Source: Strigamia acuminata (lineage: Eukaryota). From it: a DNA stretch of 64,000 nucleotides. This document shows positions 1 to 9,438 of this stretch, piece by piece (within the stretch, counting starts at the first letter, position 1; every line of letters begins with the position of its first letter). Below the pieces are notes generated by a model. The model searched no databases. It was not told where the DNA came from and saw only the letters and a program-made list of their open reading frames with translations. The stretch spans positions 29,698,001 through 29,762,000 of the forward strand of contig OX442314.1 of the NCBI GenBank assembly GCA_949358305.1, in the 5' to 3' direction. The translations under genes were made by a program, and so were the position numbers.

Positions 1-13
1 TAATTTTATAACC

Positions 14-1498
14 TGTTGCGTTCCTGGATGTTCCCAAAATTATAATAATAATAATTGCACAGAATATTAATCTAATTCAATGCAAAAGGTCCCGGTATTC
101 AACCTGTGGAAAGCAGTTGAATGCCGTAAAAGGTCTTCTATCGGGTTTGGCAGTTAAGTTGGTGTCTAGGGGTTTTTTGGCTGTGGTTTTTGTGTCTAGG
201 GGTTTTTTGGTAGCAAATGCAATAATAACAAGTAATTTAAAAAAGGATAAACAGTTTTATTAACGTTAAAATTAAGGAGTAATATAAATACAAGGGATAA
301 ATGAATAATTAAATGAATATTGATAAAGTTAAACAAGGAAAGAAGAGAAAGGCGCGAGAACAATGGAATTGTTCGCGCGCGCGGAAACAATAGGTTGAGA
401 AAATGGCGGCAACGAATCGCCGTGAAAATTGGTGCAAATGCACACAAACGGGCGCGGAATCGTGAGATTTCGCGATGTGATTCGGCTGTGGAGCCAGAAT
501 CGTGGCCAGCTAAATAGCCAGGCCGGGGTGGAGAATACGAGGTGTGAACCCTCGAGTTGAAACGGGAAATTCTCCGTTGAAAACTCACGAGTCCAACTGG
601 CGTAGTTCGCACTGTCGAATTCGGTTTTCAGGTCCGTTTCTTCTCGGCAAATTATCGTCGTCGGCAGGTCGAGCGTCGAGGTTTCGTCGGCTTTCGCGCG
701 TCGTCCCTCGTCAACTCGGCGGCTGGCTGGCGTCGATCTTCAACGTATGTTGATCGAATTACCGTCGTCGGGTGGCTAGCGTCGAGGTTTCGTCGGCTTG
801 GCGCGCGTCGTCCCTCGTCGGCTTGGCGTGATCCGGGCGTCGGTCTACGATGGTGCGTATACGTTTATCTTCGGGCGGCGGCGGAAACAACGGTTGCTCG
901 GTCCGTTGCACGTCGACTTCGTCGTCCGGGAAGGAGTCACTTGATGCGTATTGGCATCAAGCAAATCAGTTGAAACTTTGCAATATCTCACGGATCACGG
1001 ACAAAACAGTGTTATTGGGTTGAACAAAGTTGTGTCGGTGTGAACGGTGTGAGGAGGAGGCAAAGAGTGAGTAATAAACGAATTTATTACCCAAACTTTG
1101 GCCGGAAAATCGGCCGAGTGCGCATGCGTGGCATGCACCTGGCACACTTCGTGCCCAGCAACGGTGCAAATTAGGAGCTGGCCATAGCAACCCCCCAATT
1201 TGGCAGTTAGGTTGCCATGGCAGTCCTAACGGCTTCTGTTTAACAGCCGAAAGCACTTGGCAATTGCAAATAAAATGAGTATTTTATTTGCACAAGCAAG
1301 CAAAAAATATGTAATTATTTTAACAAATAATTCATTAAAAACACTAAAATAAATTGATTCCTTAAATTACCAATTTCTACTATTTCTAAATAATTAAAGG
1401 GACTGTAAAACAATTTATTTAACACATTAAATAGATTAAATTATTAATTTCTTATACTCCAAATATTCCAAATAAAAGGAACATTTGAGATCACAACA
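14..1498 (-). repeat. 3' LTR of outer element (1485 bp)
   Basis: Repeated at offset +7355; all five ORF-track translations inside it are identical in both copies; TG...CA termini. Confidence 0.95.
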
Positions 1499-1510
1499 CT
1501 TCCCCCCAAT
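1499..1510 (-). promoter_or_regulatory. Polypurine tract of outer LTR element
   Basis: Minus strand ATTGGGGGGAAG immediately before the TG of the 3' LTR. Confidence 0.85.
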
Positions 1511-1834
1511 TAAAATCAAACATTTTTAATTTAAAAGGATGGAATATAGTGGGTCCTGATCACAAATTGTTCAAATAATTAAATTATTAACAAATTTGAT
1601 AGTAATAGGATTTACAAATTTGCAAATAGAGGTTAAAACACGGAATAAAATAATTTAGTAGTGAAGAATTAGTTATTTTCTAGGCTAAAACTGAATTTCA
1701 ACTAAAATTATTGGTAGTCACTACAGTAGTGCATTAAATAATTCGAATAACAATTTGATTTTCAAGAAAAAGTTATGCAAACGATTAAATACGTAAAAAA
1801 CAATGATATTAAAAATTTTAACATAAAAAGTTAT

Positions 1835-3604
1835 TTAGTGGCATTGAATCCAATAAATGATGCCGATTGGTAACTCTGGGGCTAAAGGACTCGGCAATCG
1901 AGGTAAGCTCATGTCTGTTGTCTTGTCTCGAAGGTTTTCCCTCTCGAGGACAAGTTCAAACGGACGGCCGGTATACGGCCCAAAAATTAAATCTGTGTTG
2001 TCGTGCAACCACTCACTTCTAATTGAGCAAAAGTTGACGTTATCTTCAAACGTTATTTCGTTATTTTCTCGGGGCATTTTCGGCTTTTTTCTAACTTTTG
2101 TTAGCCGCTGATAATGAATCCACGGCTGCTTTGCCTCGATGTGGCGTTCTGAGCGCTCTTGATCTTCGTACCCGAGATTAACTGAATTTTCTTGCAGCAT
2201 CCTCATGTGTGGTTGCAGTCTTGAGTAGGTTTTTCGTAATTGGCGGTAAATTGTCAATTCTTCTTGATCTTCCAACTGTTTCGAGGGAATTGAACAAGGT
2301 TTCGCCGGTGACGGCGGTTTTGTCCGTGATGGACGTCTCTTTTTTGTAGACTGTCGAGTCACGGGAGGTGCGAAGGCACATGTTTCACTGATTGGTCTTG
2401 TCGCCAATGCGCCTTGTGCATCATGCACTAGTCGGGTGACCAAGCGATTTTTCCGCTGAAGAAATGTTTTTGGCCTGGCGCCTGAGCTGGCATAATCGAC
2501 AGTCCGTAGGATGGGCCCGCTGGAATTGGGTCTTGACGTTGAAATCGACGAGTTGACGGGCTGTATTGTCGTAAATTGTCCTGAGGTCTTTATAGCCTTT
2601 TTGGTCGCTTTTACAGCAACACCAGCAGCAGGATTCAATGTTGATGAAGATCTCGTTTTCTTCTTGACCAGGGAGACCGGCATTTCTTCTGGTTGAACTG
2701 ATTCGAGCTCCGTTTGGTAGGTATCTCCTCGTTCATCTCGTTCATTCAGCAGTTTGACCAACTCGGCCGAATGTTTGGAAATCGAAGCTGGTGGAGACTT
2801 CTTTTTTAGCGTTGGCGAAACTGGTGTCTCTACTGATTGAATCGCTGGGAGTACATGCTTGTGAGCGATCTTCCGTGGCTTCCGCTTCTTGTGAAGTTGG
2901 ATGGCCGATTCGGCCAAGTGTTTGTTACTAACAAGTACAAGTTCTTGCTGTATGGTCGACGAATCTAGGAGAATGGACCTCCAGTAGTCTAAAAAATTAT
3001 CTTGGTTACCAGTATTCATCGGGGGTGTCCAGAGACATATTGCGTCTGCGAGGGCAATTCGATTGCTTGTGGCGGTGCTCCGAGTTAAAATGCTGCAAAG
3101 TCCCGCGACCAATAATTGTTGTAAAGCGGAGAGTTGAATGTCCAGGGCATTGGTTGGCTCCATGTCGCGCAGATGATTGATTATACGCTGCCAATTTTGA
3201 ATGGTTTTGCTAATTTGAGTCCTTTGATACTCATTCAGGTCTTCCATCAAAATATCTTGTGTGTCACGAGGCAATACTTCAACACTGGACTTCGTCATGT
3301 CATAATTTTGGTCAAACGATCGGCTTTGAGTCAAAGAAACTGTTTCAAATTTCTCAGCCGGAAATTGAGATTTTGGAGTGCTTGGTTTTGGATACACAGA
3401 GGTTGTGATGGATTTACTAGCAATAGATACTTCTTGTGCATTCGGGCGTGTTAACACTGGGGTCAAATGGGTAATTGGTTTCTCCAAATTTTCAACTTGC
3501 ATTAACACTGGGGTTGAATTGATAATTGACTTTTCCCAATTTTCAACTTGCGTTGCCCAATCCATAGCCGTTTGGTCGGCAGTCTGTGAAAATTCCAAGG
3601 GATA
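1835..3604 (-). CDS. C-terminal part of the outer element's large ORF, unknown function
   Basis: 587-aa open frame plus two codons (YP) up to the nested TSD. In frame with 7206-5260 once the nested element and one TSD are removed. First internal ATG at 3565. Confidence 0.8.
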   Translation of the reverse strand, partial: YPLEFSQTADQTAMDWATQVENWEKSIINSTPVLMQVENLEKPITHLTPVLTRPNAQEVSIASKSITTSVYPKPSTPKSQFPAEKFETVSLTQSRSFDQNYDMTKSSVEVLPRDTQDILMEDLNEYQRTQISKTIQNWQRIINHLRDMEPTNALDIQLSALQQLLVAGLCSILTRSTATSNRIALADAICLWTPPMNTGNQDNFLDYWRSILLDSSTIQQELVLVSNKHLAESAIQLHKKRKPRKIAHKHVLPAIQSVETPVSPTLKKKSPPASISKHSAELVKLLNERDERGDTYQTELESVQPEEMPVSLVKKKTRSSSTLNPAAGVAVKATKKAIKTSGQFTTIQPVNSSISTSRPNSSGPILRTVDYASSGARPKTFLQRKNRLVTRLVHDAQGALATRPISETCAFAPPVTRQSTKKRRPSRTKPPSPAKPCSIPSKQLEDQEELTIYRQLRKTYSRLQPHMRMLQENSVNLGYEDQERSERHIEAKQPWIHYQRLTKVRKKPKMPRENNEITFEDNVNFCSIRSEWLHDNTDLIFGPYTGRPFELVLERENLRDKTTDMSLPRLPSPLAPELPIGIIYWIQCH

Positions 3605-3608
3605 ATCT

Positions 3609-3862
3609 TGTAAACTTAGTTAAAAGTTGACTTCGAAAACAATGGCGGACCCGCTGGTCCGCGACGCACACGCTTGCTTGTTTAATTCAAAGTGATCTTT
3701 ATTCAAATCCAATCGGTTTAAATATTACAAAAGTTATCTCTCATTGGTTGACTACAAAAGAACAGCCCCCATTGGCTGTTTGTACTAACGTTCTCGAAAC
3801 GTTCTCGTCTCGATCCCGTTCTCGTTCTCGTTCTCGTCCTCGTAAACCCAAAAAACTCCACA
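3609..3862 (-). repeat. 3' LTR of nested element
   Basis: About 190 bp identical to 5068-5259; minus-strand CCAAT boxes and AATAAA (TTTATT at 3698-3703 on +). Confidence 0.9.
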
Positions 3863-3914
3863 CTCGGTCATCCGACTAAATGTCGGCGTCCTCGCCGACG
3901 CTTATCTTGTTTAC

Positions 3915-4460
3915 AACTTCGTTTTCATCTGCGTTTACATCTCTGTGGTCGTCTGCGTTTACATCTTCGTTTCATCTGCGTTTACATCTGCGTTTACATC
4001 TGCGTTTACATCTGCGTTTACATCTGCGTTTTCATCTTCTTGGTCATCTGCGTTTACATCTTCGTGGTCATCTGCGTTTACATCTTCGTGGTCATCTGCG
4101 TTTACATCTTCGTGGTCGTCTGCGTTTTCATCTTCGTGGTCATCTGCGTTTTCATCTTCGTGGTCATCTGCGTTTTCATCTTCGTGGTCATCTGCGTTTT
4201 CATCTTCGTGGTCATCTGCGTTTTTATCTGCGTTTTCATCTGCGTTTTCATCTGCGTTTTCATCTGCGTTTTCATCTGCGTTTTCATCTTCTTGGTCATC
4301 TGCGTTTACATCTTCGTGGTCATCTGCGTTTACATCTTCGTCCGCATCTCGATTTGTTTCGCTCTTTTCATCAAAATCACCGTTTCTTCGTCTTCATCTC
4401 GAATCGTTTCGTCTTCATCTCGAATCGTTTCGTCTTCATTTTGAATCGTTTCGTCTTTGT
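3915..4460. repeat. Composite 12/21-bp tandem array inside nested element (CATCTGCGTTTA/T; CATCTGCGTTTWCATCTTCGTGGT; CATCTCGAATCGTTTCGTCTT)
   Basis: Visible tandem units with lengths that are multiples of 3; minus strand reads as acidic DENA/DDHEDVNA/DEDETIR repeats with frameshifts. Confidence 0.9.
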
Positions 4461-4990
4461 CATCGTTTTTGTCATCGCCATTTAATTCATCGCTAACCCC
4501 ATCGTTCGTCTCCCTCAAACCCGCACCAAACTCCCGCTGTTCCAGGTCAAGTTCGTTAGGTTGCGCATCCAACTTCGTATCAACTTCGACTGGACTCGCC
4601 TCAATCGCTTGCGTCGCATTAACGTCTACTCGTTTCGCATCTAGTTCCGCTTCTCCATCCGAATCGTCCGAATCGCTGCACGTGCGCCCGTCTATGCCAC
4701 CCCGCATGTCGTAATTGCTCTTTCGCGCTTTGTCGTCGTTGGCTTCATAATCGCATACTTTCCTTTCGTAATTTAGCTTGAACCTTCTCGTAACACGTGT
4801 TGTCTCGGCAAATCGCTCGTCTGGATTCCCGAACCGTCCACGTGGTTCTTTGTCGTCCCCGAATTTCGCTTCCGTCCCAAAACAATCGTCGTCTCGTTTT
4901 TCTTCAACTTTTCGTCTATTCGTTTAGTCTCAGTCGCATAAATTCGTTTATCGCCGCATAGAATTCTTCTATCGTCGCATAGGATCCTTC

Positions 4991-5003
4991 ATCCCACTTC
5001 TGA
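4991..5003 (-). promoter_or_regulatory. PBS complementary to tRNA-Leu lacking its last 5 nt
   Basis: + strand ATCCCACTTCTGA equals the metazoan tRNA-Leu 3' end ATCCCACTTCTGA(CACCA) without CACCA; it abuts the LTR. Confidence 0.8.
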
Positions 5004-5259
5004 TGTAAACTTATTAAAAGCTGGCTTTGAAACAAAATGGCGGACCCGTTGGTCCGCAACACACACACGCTTGCTTGTTTAATTCAAAGTGATCTTTATT
5101 CAAATCCAATCGGTTTAAATATTACAAAAGTTATCTCTCATTGGTTGACTACAAAAGAACAGCCCCCATTGGCTGTTTGTACTAACGTTCTCGAAACGTT
5201 CTCGTCTCGATCCCGTTCTCGTTCTCGTTCTCGTCCTCGTAAACCCAAAAAACTCCACA
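5004..5259 (-). repeat. 5' LTR of nested element
   Basis: Direct repeat of 3609-3862, differing only in the first ~65 bp on + (the U5 end). Confidence 0.9.
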
Positions 5260-7206
5260 ATCTTTTTTGATTTTTGCCGCTGTTAGCACGGAATTAATAT
5301 TTTCCAACAAGGCGATTGATGTTGGAGTGGCGGAGATCGGCGCATCACTGGTTGAGACATAAATTTCTGCCGGTGGTGATGTGTCAGTCTCTGCGTCCCA
5401 TCGTTTCTCTGCTTTGCTGAGAGGCTTTTCCTTTGCAATTGTCCCAGATGCATTAAACGAACCTTTTGTAAAAAGTTTTTTAGGCTTACATTTAATTTCA
5501 GTCACATGTTTAGCTAACACTACACTGGTGTTACTAATTGTTGAGCCGGTTTCTTTTTCGGCTTTCACTTTAACTTTGAGATCGACTTCATTCATCGAGT
5601 CAACAATGGTAAGTCGAGTATGAGAATGAGAAGTTTTTGTAGAACAATGAGGATTCTGCACGTGATTAATGTTTTTTGCCGGTTTCTCGGCAAATGTAGT
5701 TGCACTTGATCTCTCGAAAGTTTGTTCTCGGTATTCAAATGTTTTTTCAATCTCTTCAGTCGCGTTATAAATTGGGGTCCAATCTGATGGTGAAGATGCA
5801 CATGTTTGAGGACGACTTTGTTGTCCCTCCACCTTAGGTGAACGCGTTGACTGTTCACTGCTGAAAGCGGAATTTTCACGTCTTGATTGATATGGCGGAG
5901 AACAATCACTACTTTTTTCGCATTCCCTCTTTGGTGGATTAATATATGTTGGTGAACCGTAATGTGATTGAGAGTCATTGAAATTATTTTCGATATCTGA
6001 ATTTTTGCAGAAGTTGCTGGATAATTTCGCACTTTGTTCACAATTTTTTGAGTCTATTATATTCAATAATGCATGGCTATTATTAAATATTTCATCACTT
6101 GAAGTGTTCCATTTTTTACAGTCAGAAGCTTCCATCGTTGAACTTCTTTTCGTTTGAAATTTTCGTTTGTCATTACTGGACGCACAGAACGAACGATTAT
6201 TGTCAGTAGTTGCAAGATTAACCATTTTAGGTTTGAACGCCGTGACATTCGGCGGATTCGGTTGTTGAGCCGTAAACTCGGCTGATCGAATCTTCCTCAA
6301 GAGTTCGTCTATCTCTACCTGAGATTTTTGTATTTCCGCAAATTTTGCCGTCCAATCGGTTTTGTGAAATTGTCTGCATGGTGATGATGGTGTTTCACAA
6401 ATTTCATGCGACTTTTTCCATTTTCGATCCGCATCTAACCATTGCTGTGGTTGTAAGGTGAAGGATTCGTCCACACGGTGGGATAAATTCTTTGTACGCT
6501 CTTGTTGCAAGATGGCTATCTTTTGAAGTTCTAATTCACAGGCTTTAGATCTATTACAAATTTCTTCGTTTAGAGCTTGTTTAGTTTCTTCAAGCTCTCT
6601 GCTTGTTCTTTCCAATTCTTCAATTTCGGCACTTTCATTTGCATTTTCCTCGGCCGCACAATGTTTATTTAAAACGAGTTTAGATTGTGATATATCCAAT
6701 TGGTTTCGAGTTAGTCGCATTTCGAATGCTAATGTCTCTATTCGATAATCCATTTCATCGACAAATTGTTCGCTTTCAAAATTGATCGTGGCTAGGCGAA
6801 TTTTCTCGGCCGCGTCTGGATCTACGAGGAGAACTTCGGCAACGAGCGCTTCAAACTCTGGTGACCGCTGAGGAAATTCATATCTTTGTTTTGGAGTCGA
6901 GGTGCGTGGTTGAGTACGATCATTTACTTTGTCAATACTCCTTTTTGTTTCAGCATCCATTTCACGATCCGTTGAAACATTTTTGAATTTTTGAAATGAA
7001 CGTTTTTTCGCATCAAGTGAAATTTCAGCCGATATCTCGGCTTCGGCGATTTCCAATCGAGTTTCGGCTGAGCGTTTAGCCGTTACTTCCTTTGGAAAAC
7101 TAGTGCGCCGAGTTTGGGCACCTTGTGGGCAGTTAGACCCGACTCTTGGACGACTATACGTCCTTCCCTCAATTGGCGAAGGGACTTCATCATGTAACTT
7201 AGGCAT
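5182..7206 (-). CDS. N-terminal part of the outer element's large ORF (gag position; coiled-coil and S/T/Q-rich disordered); last 25 aa are read-through into the nested LTR
   Basis: 674-aa ORF starting with ATG ~140 nt after the PBS; heptad-like EIEELERTSRELEETKQALNEE segment; native part ends at ...KIKKD (5260). Confidence 0.8.
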   Translation of the reverse strand: MPKLHDEVPSPIEGRTYSRPRVGSNCPQGAQTRRTSFPKEVTAKRSAETRLEIAEAEISAEISLDAKKRSFQKFKNVSTDREMDAETKRSIDKVNDRTQPRTSTPKQRYEFPQRSPEFEALVAEVLLVDPDAAEKIRLATINFESEQFVDEMDYRIETLAFEMRLTRNQLDISQSKLVLNKHCAAEENANESAEIEELERTSRELEETKQALNEEICNRSKACELELQKIAILQQERTKNLSHRVDESFTLQPQQWLDADRKWKKSHEICETPSSPCRQFHKTDWTAKFAEIQKSQVEIDELLRKIRSAEFTAQQPNPPNVTAFKPKMVNLATTDNNRSFCASSNDKRKFQTKRSSTMEASDCKKWNTSSDEIFNNSHALLNIIDSKNCEQSAKLSSNFCKNSDIENNFNDSQSHYGSPTYINPPKRECEKSSDCSPPYQSRRENSAFSSEQSTRSPKVEGQQSRPQTCASSPSDWTPIYNATEEIEKTFEYREQTFERSSATTFAEKPAKNINHVQNPHCSTKTSHSHTRLTIVDSMNEVDLKVKVKAEKETGSTISNTSVVLAKHVTEIKCKPKKLFTKGSFNASGTIAKEKPLSKAEKRWDAETDTSPPAEIYVSTSDAPISATPTSIALLENINSVLTAAKIKKDCGVFWVYEDENENENGIETRTFRER

Positions 7207-7348
7207 GATGGCAAGAATGTTACAAAAAGAGAAGAAAGATGATAGGAAAGTTAGAAAAATAGGTAAAAAATACTAAAATGGGGAAAAACAAGATTTTTTT
7301 AATTTTTTAATCTTACTTTAAATTCTAAAAATTCTAAAAATTGGGATA

Positions 7349-7366
7349 ATCCCGGACGGGCCCCCA
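7349..7366 (-). promoter_or_regulatory. Primer-binding site, tRNA-Pro
   Basis: Minus strand TGGGGGCCCGTCCGGGAT, 17/18 match to the canonical tRNA-Pro PBS TGGGGGCTCGTCCGGGAT, 2 nt from the LTR end. Confidence 0.9.
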
Positions 7367-7368
7367 AG

Positions 7369-8853
7369 TGTTGCGTTCCTGGATGTTCCCAAAATTATAA
7401 TAATAATAATTGCACAGAATATTAATCTAATTCAATGCAAAAGGTCCCGGTATTCAACCTGTGGAAAGCAGTTGAATGCCGTAAAAGGTCTTCTATCGGG
7501 TTTGGCAGTTAAGTTGGTGTCTAGGGGTTTTTTGGCTGTGGTTTTTGTGTCTAGGGGTTTTTTGGTAGCAAATGCAATAATAACAAGTAATTTAAAAAAG
7601 GATAAACAGTTTTATTAACGTTAAAATTAAGGAGTAATATAAATACAAGGGATAAATGAATAATTAAATGAATATTGATAAAGTTAAACAAGGAAAGAAG
7701 AGAAAGGCGCGAGAACAATGGAATTGTTCGCGCGCGCGGAAACAATAGGTTGAGAAAATGGCGGCAACGAATCGCCGTGAAAATTGGTGCAAATGCACAC
7801 AAACGGGCGCGGAATCGTGAGATTTCGCGATGTGATTCGGCTGTGGAGCCAGAATCGTGGCCAGCTAAATAGCCAGGCCGGGGTGGAGAATACGAGGTGT
7901 GAACCCTCGAGTTGAAACGGGAAATTCTCCGTTGAAAACTCACGAGTCCAACTGGCGTAGTTCGCACTGTCGAATTCGGTTTTCAGGTCCGTTTCTTCTC
8001 GGCAAATTATCGTCGTCGGCAGGTCGAGCGTCGAGGTTTCGTCGGCTTTCGCGCGTCGTCCCTCGTCAACTCGGCGGCTGGCTGGCGTCGATCTTCAACG
8101 TATGTTGATCGAATTACCGTCGTCGGGTGGCTAGCGTCGAGGTTTCGTCGGCTTGGCGCGCGTCGTCCCTCGTCGGCTTGGCGTGATCCGGGCGTCGGTC
8201 TACGATGGTGCGTATACGTTTATCTTCGGGCGGCGGCGGAAACAACGGTTGCTCGGTCCGTTGCACGTCGACTTCGTCGTCCGGGAAGGAGTCACTTGAT
8301 GCGTATTGGCATCAAGCAAATCAGTTGAAACTTTGCAATATCTCACGGATCACGGACAAAACAGTGTTATTGGGTTGAACAAAGTTGTGTCGGTGTGAAC
8401 GGTGTGAGGAGGAGGCAAAGAGTGAGTAATAAACGAATTTATTACCCAAACTTTGGCCGGAAAATCGGCCGAGTGCGCATGCGTGGCATGCACCTGGCAC
8501 ACTTCGTGCCCAGCAACGGTGCAAATTAGGAGCTGGCCATAGCAACCCCCCAATTTGGCAGTTAGGTTGCCATGGCAGTCCTAACGGCTTCTGTTTAACA
8601 GCCGAAAGCACTTGGCAATTGCAAATAAAATGAGTATTTTATTTGCACAAGCAAGCAAAAAATATGTAATTATTTTAACAAATAATTCATTAAAAACACT
8701 AAAATAAATTGATTCCTTAAATTACCAATTTCTACTATTTCTAAATAATTAAAGGGACTGTAAAACAATTTATTTAACACATTAAATAGATTAAATTATT
8801 AATTTCTTATACTCCAAATATTCCAAATAAAAGGAACATTTGAGATCACAACA
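7369..8853 (-). repeat. 5' LTR of outer element (1485 bp)
   Basis: Matches 14-1498 with no difference noticed by eye; followed on the minus strand by a 2-nt spacer and the PBS. Confidence 0.95.
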
Positions 8854-9197
8854 AACCCGACTTGCAATGGAATCAGTTCTTGCCCGGTTTCTTGATGCTA
8901 AATTCAAACATTACGCGTTGTGTCCTATACAGATAATTCCTCAAATCGGTGATGGGTTTCTGAAAAATGTCATTTTAGTTGTGTGTTTACGCTTGAATAT
9001 TTCCATCCCTGATTAATTGTGCTTGATTGTGCGATTAATTGTGTTAAATTTATTGATTGCATTTGAAATAATTTTTTTTCTCGATTAACCCTTGGGAGGC
9101 ATAAGGCTGGTATGAAAAAATTTGTGATTATGTTTATATGATAATAGACTTTAACTCATGTGAAATTTATAATTATTGGTTACTTATTTAATTAATC

Positions 9198-9438
9198 ACC
9201 GTATTTTACGATTAAGAGTCGCCCTCGAATAGTAGCCGCGGCTGAGACATCAAGAACAACGTATTTTTGCAAAAGTACCATATTGTTTCTGTATTTAACC
9301 TCACGAACGATGAATGTACACTTCGTTTGTTACATTAAACAAATGTAACAAACGGAAAACCGAAATCGTAATTGCTGACAAAAATGGCAGTTTTGAATAC
9401 TTGTACGAGCCGGGGCTCTTAATCGATAAATTAGGGTA
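9198..9438. mobile_element. pogo/Tigger-like MITE
   Basis: Imperfect TIRs ACCGTATTTTACGATTAAGAG / CTCTTAATCGATAAATTAGGGT; related ends at 34430-34676 and 62040-62091. Confidence 0.55.

Larger units (their letters stand above)
3609..5259 (-). mobile_element. Nested small non-autonomous LTR element (TRIM-like, mdg3/micropia-type primer signals)
   Basis: LTRs 3609-3862 and 5004-5259 (TGT...ACA); ATCT TSD at 3605-3608 and 5260-5263; PBS TCAGAAGTGGGAT on the minus strand directly after the 5' LTR. Confidence 0.93.
14..8853 (-). mobile_element. Full-length LTR retroelement (Gypsy-like cis signals), non-autonomous, carrying one large ORF split by a nested element
   Basis: Direct repeats 14-1498 and 7369-8853 begin TGTTG and end CAACA. 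Flanks 10-13 and 8854-8857 are both AACC (4-bp TSD). PBS lies next to the right LTR and PPT next to the left LTR on the minus strand. No RT/IN/PR motifs seen in the internal ORFs. Confidence 0.95.

Noticed and set aside
660..830. Hammerhead-ribozyme-like words in the LTR (minus strand TTGACGAG/CCGACGAG ... CGAAAC), suggesting a retrozyme
   Set aside because: The core is not CUGANGA and stem II cannot pair beyond one base pair; no convincing stems I/III.
196..1256. ORFs inside the LTRs (138, 96, 69, 67, 65 aa and their duplicates at +7355)
   Set aside because: Mostly non-ATG starts, no recognisable domain; duplicated only because the LTR is.
3880..4496. Plus-strand ORFs (HLRLHLR, SSAFTSSW, VICVFIF repeats)
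   Set aside because: By-products of a 3n tandem array antisense to the element.
14..8853. Assembly artefact or tandem duplication as the cause of the identical 1485-bp repeats
   Set aside because: TG...CA ends, TSD, PBS and PPT all sit exactly at the repeat boundaries.
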